64,000 nucleotides of DNA from the human T2T-CHM13v2.0 reference genome, Homo sapiens: assembly GCF_009914755.1 (NCBI RefSeq), contig NC_060935.1, one strand, 5' to 3'. The notes under the pieces were generated by a model, which had not been told where the DNA came from, searched no databases, and saw only the letters and a list, made by a program, of their open reading frames with translations. Positions 42,321 through 64,000 of the stretch are shown here, piece by piece. The position numbers and the translations under genes are program-made. The first letter of the stretch is position 1. The number at the start of each line of letters is the position of its first letter.

Positions 42321-42889
42321 CACGCTCTGTAAAATGGGGCTTGGACTGGAATTCTAGTGTCCATTGAGATTCTGTTGCAGAGCAGCCCCCTGGCTCTGTG
42401 TGACCTACGAGTTCCTTCCTCTGTAAAATACGGAGGCTGAGACCGATGATCCTAACGTCTCTTCCTACGGTGCAGTATGTTACACACTGCTGGCCCCATT
42501 GCCCCTTATTGCACCCCAAGTGCAAGAAGAAAGAAGGGGACCTGGGATGATCTGAGCAAGACTCTCAGCTTGGGATCTAGAGTCAGAGAAACTTGGGTTT
42601 GTGACTTTGGGCAAAGTTAGGACATCTCTTGAGACTCAGCTTCTTCATTTGCAAGATTGGGGATAATGTTAATACTACCTCAGGTTTTTGAGGATTAAAT
42701 GAGATGACGCATGTAAGTTTTTAGCCCAGGGACTGCATAGAGGAACTGCTATCCCAGGTCCCAACTATCGTTTCTGATAATTTCTACAACAGTCCCTAGC
42801 CACCATAAGACCTTTTCTTAATTTTTGAATTCACTTTATTTCTGGGCAAGTTCATTCTCCTAAGCAGGGCGGTTTTTTGCTTTTTGTTC

Positions 42890-43939
42890 GTTTGTTTATT
42901 TTGAGACAGGGTCTCACTGTCACCCAGGCTGGGGTGCGGTGGCGTGATCTCTGCTTACTGCAACCTCCTCCTCCTGGGTTCAAGCGATTATCGTGCCTCA
43001 GCCTCCTGAGTAGCTGGGACTACAGGCGTGTGCCATCGCTCCCGGCTAATTTTTGTATTTTTTGTTAGAGATGGGGTTTCACCATGTTGGCCAGGCTGGT
43101 CTCAAACTCCTGGCCTCAAGAGATCTGCCCGCCTCGGCCTCCCAAATTGTTGGGATTACAGGCGTGAGCCACCACACCTGGCTAGGCAGGATGGTTTTAT
43201 AGGCTGATTTTGATGGGGAAACTTGAGTCTTTTCACCCAAGGTTGGATGCTCAAGGCCAGTGTATTGCCTCCCTTCAGCTGTAGGCTGAATTATAGCGTT
43301 ACCACACAGCATTTAGGGAGGATGCAGGCTTAATGCCACATAGTAGGGTGGATACTTAAGATTCATAGAGGATGTGAGTACTTATGATGCAAAAACAGCT
43401 GAATATAGAATTATGTATTTACATAAGACTGGTTACTTTCATGGTTATAAAGAATGCGTAAGAATTCTATGCTGCTTGCATTGAGTTCAAGCTTTGTGTT
43501 AATTGAGAAAATTGTAACAAGGAGTTTTAAATTAATGAAAAAAGTATTTTAAAAATCTGGGAACATCCAATAATTTCACGAACAAGCCTTCATTCGTCCA
43601 ACAAACATCTTTATATGGAAGCTATATTCCGTGAAATTTTTTTTTTTTTTTTTGAGACGGAGTCTTGTCTCACTTTGTCTTTCAGGCTGGAGGGCAGTGG
43701 TGTGATCTCGGCTCACTGCACCCTCTGCCTCCTGGGTTCAAGCGATTCTCCTGCCTCAGCCTCTCAAGTAGCTGAGATTACAGGCACACGCCACCATGCC
43801 TGGCTAATTTTTGTATTTTTAGTAGAGATGAGGTTTCACCATGTTGGCCAGGCTGGTCTTGAACTCCTGACCTCAGGTGATCTGCCCACCTCAGCCTCCC
43901 AAAATGGTGGGATTACAGGTGTGAGCCACCACGCTTGGC
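42890..43939 (-). mobile_element. Two antisense Alus (~42890-43183; ~43637-43939)
   Basis: Reverse Alu consensus with T-rich tails. Confidence 0.9.
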
Positions 43940-43944
43940 TTTCC

Positions 43945-44420
43945 ATGAATATTTTTTGAGCACCTACTGTGTACATGGAACTGTGCAGGGTGCTGTGAGG
44001 GATATGAAGATGTATAAGACACTCTCTGCCCTCAGGAAATACAGTCTAGTAGAGGAGATCAATTATGCATTTAAAACATATAAAATTCAAGTAGAAAGTG
44101 ATGTGTCATAGAGAGGTCCAGGTTACTGCTCTGAAGATTCAGAGGCAGGAGAGATCGCTGTCGAGTCACACTGTGTAATGAGAGAATCAAGAAGACAGCT
44201 TCTGAACCTCCTAAAGCATGTAAACAATGTGGATATGCCAAGAAGTAGGGAAAAGATATTCTGGGCACCCATTCCATAGCTTTGAGATACATGAAGAAGA
44301 GCTATCTGCAGCCCTGATTAAATGGTGAGCTTCTGGGAGGCAGGGACTAGATTTTGGTCAGCGTTTTCCTCCCCTGATTGGCACATGGTTGCCATGGTAA
44401 ATATTAGTGAATGAATAGGG
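43945..44420. mobile_element. L2 fragments (reverse 3' end at ~43945-44270; forward 3' end at ~44320-44420)
   Basis: ttgagcacctactgtgtac...ctgccctcagg...tacagtctagt, and gtgagcttctgggaggcagggact...ggcaca...aaatattagtgaatgaat. Confidence 0.6.
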
Positions 44421-47400
44421 GCTATGAGTTTCCTGTAGAGAGGAATGGAGCTGTGGTCTCTATATTACCCTGAAGCTCTTTTATTAGACTCACCTGCTGT
44501 CTCAGAGCCATTCTTCTAGGGGAAGGAAGCGAATGGGCAGATGATTATGGGGCAAGGGCCATATTGTTGGCATCTTTGGCACAGTACCAGCTGAGAGCCC
44601 AGGGAACAAGGTCTCATCAATGGATAGGGGGTTTGTGAGCCTCTTTCCCTGGAACTAAGGTGAAGAACCATGAGGGAAGGAAACGGAAGCATAGGACCAT
44701 GCAGCAGTCCTCAGGCCAGTGATGGACACTCCCTTGACTCTTGTGTCCATTCTTGGCTTTTCTTTTTCTATGGCTCCTTCCTAGGGAGATTTCTCTCCCA
44801 TCTGTGACCCAGTTGGGAGTGGGAAACTGTGTCCACCATGCCAGCAGATTGCCAAGGCCTGCCGCTGCTGCACAGGAAGGAAGCTGGCTTCAGCCAGGGC
44901 CCTGCCATTCTCCAGTTCTGTCCAGGGCTGAACCTGCCCTAGGAGCTAGCCTTGAAGGAGACCCCTTAGAGACAGGTGTCTAATGGCCTGTGGAGGGGAG
45001 AATGACCTCAGGAGCTGGGATAGCAAAAGTAGAAAAGGTTGAAAGGAGAATGGCTTGAGGACAGGGCAAATCCTCCCAAGTCCTGTTTAATTCATCCAAG
45101 GTCTAGATTCCCCGTGGAATGTTTTGTTGCTCAGAAGGTGGAGTCATCCTTAGAACAAGGAAGCTGGGGAGAGATTAAGCAGGTGCAACCAGACAGGGGA
45201 TAGAGCACAACTGGCTGTCCTTTTTGTCCCTAGATATGGGATGCTGGAGGACATCTGGGGGCCACAAATGCTCCTTCTCCTGGAGACGCAACTCAAGGTG
45301 AGCCTTTACACCATCCTTCTGGCAGCCCGTGCTCCCTCTCCAGAGAATGGTTCTTCCTTTTCATCCTCCTTTCCCACTTCACTCCCGCTCCACAGGCTGC
45401 AGGTAAGGGCCTGCAGTGTGTATCAGGATTTCCTTATAGCTAAGTGCATGTGAAGCCTGAGTAGCTCCAGGCCTGGTACTTGATAAGAGGTTATGACAGC
45501 CCAGTGCCTGCCATGGAGGCCTCTGTCCACCTACTTCAAGGGCGTTATGGTCCTATACAGTTTACTAAGCACTGGCACTTACATGTGATCTCATTTGACC
45601 TCAACAGCTGTAAGGTCTTGTATTGTGACTTTCACTTTTCCACGTGAGGGATCTGATTTCTTAGGTTGTAGGTCAAAGAACTAAATGATGCCACTGAGAG
45701 CAGTGATCTTTCCACCACCTCCATAATCACTGACAGGGTGCCATCTGCCTGCTAGTGAGAGCACGGTCCTAGGTTAACCTGAAACTAGACCAAGACTCTC
45801 CTTTGTTCCCATTTCAGCTAGAATTTACTGCCCATTTTCCTCAGCGTCTTATCTCAGCACAGCTTCTGCCTGTCATTGGACAAGTTTGATCTGAGTTTCT
45901 CTCTCACTCTCATGCTCTCAGTACATGCTGACTTGTTCTCAGGGCACTGAGAACTTGTGCTCTTCCCCTTGACTCTGCCAGGTGCACCCTCTCCCAGATA
46001 GGCACCCTGGGTAGCTGTGAGACTTCAGGGGATTCTGTATCTGGGTTAGAGAACCAGGAATAGGAAAACTGTTCTCCCACTGGGTGGGGAAGGAAGTTAG
46101 CAAAAGTTTGCCTGATGGGATTGGCCTGGATAGTAATGCTACACCCTATGCGACCCCATCTCATTGGCAGCCCTGGCAGAGCAGCTCAGTGAGCCACAGA
46201 GGTAAAGGTGGAAGGTGAGTGCGGCAGGGAATGTAAAGGCTCAGGCTAAAGGCTAAAGCAGGGTCCCACCTGCTGGCATAACTCAAGCCAGAGCCATGGA
46301 GGCGGAGGTGGGAGACAGGTTTGGGTAAAGGAGGATGCCCCTGGGGAGAGGGAGCTGGTTATATGCATCCTACCTAATTTATCTTCATATGGCCTGAGAA
46401 GGCTTGGAGCTGGCCTGCTTTGCCCAGAACAGCAGCAGCCTGTCTCCCCAGGCAGCACACACTGCTGTGCAGCTCCTCTCTTGGTTTGGCAGACCGACTC
46501 CCATCCTCTGATGGCCCTCGAGAGACCTTTTTCACACCCTCCACCCTGCCTGGTGGCTCAGCTAGATGCCTCCCGCAGCTCTGTCCACCGTCTGAGATCT
46601 GATCATCCCAAATGTTCCTATGCCAGGCTGAACTCTGCCTTCTCAGAATGTCCTCACTCCTGCCAACCCAAAGCTCTTATTTTCAACACAGAAATGGGAA
46701 ATTGGGAGGGAGGCTGAGTGCCATGGGGCCTAGAGCATGTGGTTTGGAGGCAACCAATGGAATCATTTTGGGGTCAATGGGATGCCTGAGCTGATAAGCA
46801 GAGATCCCCCGTCCCTACTCCCGAATATCCCTGTGGTGGGTGGGGCTGTGTATAGCAAGGCCTATATGCAGCAAGATCCACAGGTGGTCCTCACTTGCCT
46901 ACCCCACCATCCTGCTCCAGCTTCACCCTCACCCTCCACCTCAGCCCTGTTCATTCCTCTCTTCCCTCTTTCCCTCCTCTCCTCCCTCTAGGTAGTGCAA
47001 GCAGCAGCTGTTGACCCTAGGGGCACATATGCTTGCCTGGCCTATCTGCACTTGAGCTTCCTATGGGTGCCCATCTTGGCCTGCATGCTGCAGGACTTGC
47101 GCTTCTGGGCAGATAGCTCTGATTCTTCTCCTCTTCAAAAGGAAAAAGGACTCAGATAAGAGAAGACGTTAGGGAAAGAAGACTTGGAAGTACATGGAGG
47201 CTAGATAGGAAGGAACTAGGTGGAAGGGATGCTGTCGGAGAATAACTGAAGGCACCAGGGGCCCAGGGTAGCTGTAAGGGCCTAATGGTCCCTGGGACTG
47301 GGTTGTGGGGCCAGGTGAGGCTGGTCTGATGGAGGAGCTGTTCTTGGAAGGAGAATTCTGTTTCTGGCTAGACCCTTGTTTGAGTACAAGGAACTGTGAA

Positions 47401-47698
47401 GGATCCATTTGACAGGAAGCCTAGGATAAAACTAAACTCATTCTTTTTTCTTACAGCTCACCTCTGAGTCTTGAGCTCCAAACCAGCCCCTCCTGCTGAC
47501 TTTTCCATTATCAATAGTCTCCTATACCCAGTTGTAAATCTCAGGGTAACGCTGACTTTCCACATTTAATCAATTATCAGATTCTGATAGTCCTTCACAA
47601 AACAGTTGCCTTTTGTCCCCACTTCCTTTACCCAGCCGAAGTCCCTGTTCCTACGCCTCAGCTACTGTGATAACTTTACAGCTGGCGATGCCCTTTAG

Positions 47699-53503
<5,805 letters not shown>

Positions 53504-53702
53504 GACCTATGCCCAACCATATTAATAACTACTTTCAATATAAACACTCCAATTTAATACTCCAACTAAAAGACAGCAGCCTGGGTGACAGAGTGAGACT
53601 CTGTCTAAAAAAAAAAATCAAGATCCAACTATATAATACCTAAAAGAAATATACAGTTGACCCTTGAACAGCATGGGTTTGAACTGCCTGGATCCACACA
53701 AG

Positions 53703-53890
53703 TTCCTTCCCTCCCCTCCCCTCCCCTCCCTCCCCTCCTCTCCCCTCCCCTCCTCTCCCCTCCCCTCCTCTCCCCTCCCCTCCCCTCCCCTCCTCTCCCC
53801 TCCCCTCCTCTCCCCTCCCCTCCCCTCCCCTCCCCTCCCCTCCTCTCCCGTCCCCTCCCCTCCTCTCCCCTCCCCTCCCCTTCCCTTCTT
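53703..53890 (+). repeat. (CCCCT/CCTCT)n polypyrimidine low-complexity repeat next to an antisense Alu tail
   Basis: ~190 nt of almost pure C/T pentamers. Confidence 0.95.
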
Positions 53891-55602
53891 TTCTTTTTCC
53901 TTCTTTCTTTTCTTTTTTTTTTTTTTGACGGAGTCTTGCTCTGTTGCCCAGTCTAGAGTGCAGTGGTATGACCTTGGCTCACTGCAACCTCTGCCTCCCG
54001 GGTTTAAGCAGTTCTCTGCCCCAGCCTCCCCAGTAGCTGGGATTACAGGCACCTGCCACCACACCTGGCTAATTTTTTTTGTATTTTTAGTAAAGATGGG
54101 GTTTCACCATCTTGGCCAGGCTGGTCTTGAACTCCTGACCTCGTGATCCACCCGCCTTGGCCTCCCAAAGTGCTGGGATTACAGGCGTGAGCCACCATAC
54201 CCAGCCAGGTTTTTTTCAATAAATATATTGGAATTTTTTTTTAGAGATTTGCAACAATTTGAAAAATGTACAAACAAACCACATAGCCTAGAAATATTGA
54301 AAAATTAAGAGAAAGTTCGGTATGTCATGAATGCACCAAGTATAGCTACTGGTCTATTTTATCACTTACTACAATGAAATATAGATAAATCTATTATAAG
54401 AAGTTAAAATTGGCTGGATGAGGTGGCCAAGACCTGTAATCAGAGCACTTTGGGAGGCCAAGCTGGGAGGATCACTTGAGGCACGTGCGTATAGTCCTAG
54501 CTACTCAGGAAGGTGAGGCAGGAGGATCACTTGAGCCCAGGAGTTTGAGGTCACAGTGAGCTGTGATCATGCCACTGCACTCCAGCCTGGGCAACATAGC
54601 CAGACCCTGTCTCTACAAAAAAATTGTTTAAAAAATTAGCTGGCCATGGTGGTACACACCTGTAGTCCCTGTTACTTGGGAGATTGAGGTGAGAGAATCG
54701 CTTGAGCCCAGGTTAAGGTTGCAGTGACCCATGATCATGCCACTGCACTCCAGCCTGAGTGACAGAGGGAGACCCTGTCTCAAAAAAAAAGAAAAATTTT
54801 GATGCCGTATTAAATCATAACTGCATAAAATTAGTACATACTGTACTACTGTAATAATTTCATAACCACCTCCTGTTGCTGTTGCATTGAGTTCAGTTGT
54901 TTCGAGTATCCACTTAAAATGCTGTGACACTAATCATCTCTGCATGAGCAGTTTGTCTATCTAGTAACTTGCCTATTGCAGTAAAAAGGTGATCTCTTGC
55001 AGTTCTCATGGAGTTTTCATTGTCTCGTGCAATGCCATCGACCTTGAATTTCAGCATAGGACCCATATGAAGTGCCACTGTTAATGCTGGGAGCACTCCA
55101 GGAAGCAGAGAAAAGTTATGACATTTCAAGAAAAATCTGAATTGCTTGATATGTTCCACAGATTGAGGTCTGTACCTATGGTTGCCCACTATTTCAATAG
55201 TCAGTGTAAGGACTATTGTAAAAAAAAAATAAAATAAAATAAAGGAAATTGGTGAAGCTATACCAGGAGGTGTGAAAATCTTGCACTTTTTGCAAAATAA
55301 CTTTTTATCTCATATTGAAAATTCACCTTTTATGTGCAGGGTTGCTATAAGAAAGGAGTACATGTAGACTCTAATATGATGTGAGAAAAAGTGAAGTCAT
55401 TATATGACAACTTAAAGCAAAAGGAAGGTGAGGATCTAACGCTAGAGAGCTTAATGCCATCAAAAGATGGTTTGGTAGTTTTAGAAAGAGGTTTGGCTTT
55501 AAAAATGTCAAGAGAGGCTGGGTGCGGTGACTCATGCATATAATCCTAGCACTTTGGGAGGCCAAGATGGGAGGACTGCTTGAGCCCAGAAGGTTGAGAC
55601 TA

Positions 55603-55797
<195 letters not shown>

Positions 55798-56623
55798 TCA
55801 AAAGAAAAAAAAAAAAGGTCAAGATAACAGGAAAAGCACCTTTTACCTTCCAAGAGACAAAAGATGAGTTCTGAGATGCCAATAAGAAAATAACTGAGGC
55901 CCGGCGCGGTGGCCTACACCTATAATCCCAGCACTTTGGGAGGCCGAGGTGGGTGGATTGCTTGAGTTCAGGAGTTTAAGACCAGCCTGAGTAACATGGT
56001 GAAACTCTATCTCTACTAAAAAAAAAAAAAAAAAAAAATACAAAAAATTCACCAGCTGTGTTGGCAAATGCCTGTAGTCCCAGCAACTCAGGAGGCTGAG
56101 GTGGGAGGATCACCTGAGTCCAGGAGGTTGAGGCTATAGTGAGCTGTGATTGTGCCACTGTACTCCAGCCTGGGCAATGGGAGTGAGAACTTGTCTCAAA
56201 AAAAAAAAAAAAAAAAAAAAAGAGGAGGAGAAAAGGTACCTGCCTGAACAGGTTTTTAATGCAGAAGAAAAGAGAAAACCACAAAAGACCTTTCTTAGTA
56301 AGGAAGAGAAGTGAGCAGTAGGATTTAGGAAAGAAAAGAGACTAACTCTATTGTTTTGTGCAAATGCAGTCAGGTTTATGATGAAGGCTGCCCTTATCTA
56401 TAAATCTGCTAACCCCCAAGCCGAAGGGAAAAGAAAAACACCAGCTGCCAATTTTTTGGTTGTACAACAGGAAAGCCTGGACAACGAAAACCCTTTTTCT
56501 GAATTGATTTCATTGATACTTTGTCCCTGAAGTCAGGATGTACCTTGTCAGTAAGGGGATTGCCTTTTTTTGTTGTTTTTTGAGATGGAGTCCTGCTCTG
56601 TCATCCAGGCTGGAATGCAGTAG

Positions 56624-56800
<177 letters not shown>

Positions 56801-57572
56801 TGATCCGCCCGCCTCGGCCTCCCAAAGTGCTGGGATTACAGGCGAGAGCTACCACACCTGGCCTGGGATTGCCTTTTAAAATTCTCTTGTTATTGGACAA
56901 TGCCCTTGGCATTGAACCCCATCAGTTCAATACCGAAGGTGTCAAAGTGGTCTGCTTGTCTCCAAACACATCGTCTCTAATTCAGTCTCTAGATCAAGGG
57001 GTTCGTAAGGACCTTAAAGGCTCATTACACATATACATGGTACTCTATGGAAAGGACTGTCAACTCTATGGAAGCGAACCCTGATAGAACATCGTGAAAG
57101 TCTGGAAGGATTATACCACTGAAGATGCCATCATTGTTATGGAAAAAGCCATGAAAACCATCAAGCCTGAAACAATAAATTCCTCCTGGAGAATACTGCG
57201 TCCAGATGTTATGCATGATTTCACAGGATTGATGATAAAGCCAAGCAAGGAAATCATGAAAAAGATTGTGGATATGGCAAAAAAGATGGGGTGAAGGGTT
57301 TGATATGGATCTCAGAAAAATTGAAGAGCTTAATAGACACCACCCAAGACGAATTAACAGAAGATGACTCGATAGAGATGAGTGCTTCTGAACCTGTGCC
57401 AGATGAAGAAGAAGATGTAGAAGCAGCAGTGGCAGAAAATAATTAACATTAGTCTAGAAGAAGGGTTCTGATTATTCAGGACCACTTTTGACATTTTTTA
57501 TGACATGGACCCTTCTGTGATGCAGGCACTGAAACTCAATCAAACAGTGGAAGAAGGATTAATACCATATAG

Positions 57573-58056
57573 CAGGGGTCCCCAACCCCCAGGCCACCGG
57601 AACCAGGCCATATAGCAGGAGGTGAGCAACGGGTGAGCAAGCGAACACAAGCTTCATCTGCATCTACATCTGCTCCCCATCACTTGCATTCCCACATAAG
57701 CACCACCTCTTGTCAGATCACAGGAGAGCGAACCCCATTGTGAACTGTGCGTGTGAGGGATCTAGGTTGCCAGCTCCTTATGAGAATCTAATGCCTGGTG
57801 ATCTGTCACTGTCTTCTGTCACCCCAGAAAGGACCATCTAGTTGCAAGAAAACAAGCTCAGGGCTCCTACTGATTCCACATTATGGTGAGCTGTCTAATT
57901 ATTTCATTATATATTACAATGTAATAATAATAGAAATAAAGCACACAATAAATACAAAGTGCTTGAATCATCCCGAAACTACCCCCTTAACCCCATCTAT
58001 GGGAAAAAAGTCTTCCATAAAACTAGTCCCTGGTGCCAAAAAGGTTGGGACTGCTG
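57573..58056 (+). mobile_element. MER1 (MER1A-sized) hAT-Charlie non-autonomous element inserted in Tigger2
   Basis: Termini CAGGGGTCCCCAACC...GGTTGGGACTGCTG with an 8-bp TSD ccatatag/ctatatag. Confidence 0.85.
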
Positions 58057-58319
58057 CTATATAGAAACATTTTTAGAGAAATGAAAAAGCAAAAATGTCA
58101 GACAGAAGTTACAATGTATTTCCATAAAGTTACACCAGAATGTGCCTGCCTCTCCTGCCTCCCCTTCCACCACTTTTGCCTCTGCTGCCCCTGAGACAGC
58201 AAGACCAACCATTCCTCTTCCTCAGCCTACTCAACGTGAAAGCGACGAGGATGAAGACCTTTATCACGATCCACTTCCACTTAATAGTAAATATACTTTT
58301 ATGATTCCCCTGCCCTCCC

Positions 58320-64000
<5,681 letters not shown>

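Larger units (their letters stand above)
41790..47159 (+). ncRNA. 5' part of a probable spliced transcript from the 41.8-kb promoter (from memory the uncharacterised locus LOC100130987; not verified); possibly a disabled coding gene
   Basis: Promoter plus candidate donors after 42160 and 42205, an internal exon tttttgtccctag|45234-45297|gtgagc, and a strong acceptor before 46992. The transcript may continue beyond these coordinates. Confidence 0.5.

Noticed and set aside
46992-47036. VVQAAAVDPRGTYAC resembles a WD40 strand-turn motif
   Set aside because: One short motif with no GH/WD partners; cannot be supported without a profile search.

Overview
Human (primate) genomic DNA, recognisable as the GRK2-ANKRD13D-SSH3 cluster (chr11q13). 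All three genes are on the + strand, GC-rich and have many short introns. GRK2 is present from coding exon 2 to its 3' end; exon 1 lies upstream of the window. ANKRD13D (15 coding exons, 605 aa, one GC-AG intron) and SSH3 (14 coding exons, 659 aa) are complete, and their exon chains were rebuilt by hand from splice sites with continuous frames. A CpG-island promoter at ~41.2-42.3 kb (ETS, ZNF143, NRF1 and a perfect RFX X-box) has no recognisable known protein downstream; from memory it matches the uncharacterised non-coding locus LOC100130987. The main finding lies there: a strong-Kozak ATG with a TGA at codon 6, after which one frame stays open across three phase-compatible candidate exons (41922-42160/42205, 45234-45297, 46992-47159) and ends in a hydrophobic, TM-like segment. 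This is a candidate unitary or polymorphic pseudogene, or a 74-aa micropeptide. From ~47.5 kb to the end the window is nested repeats (Alu, L1, L2, MLT/MST, Tigger2, MER1). Repeat boundaries and subfamilies are by-eye estimates.
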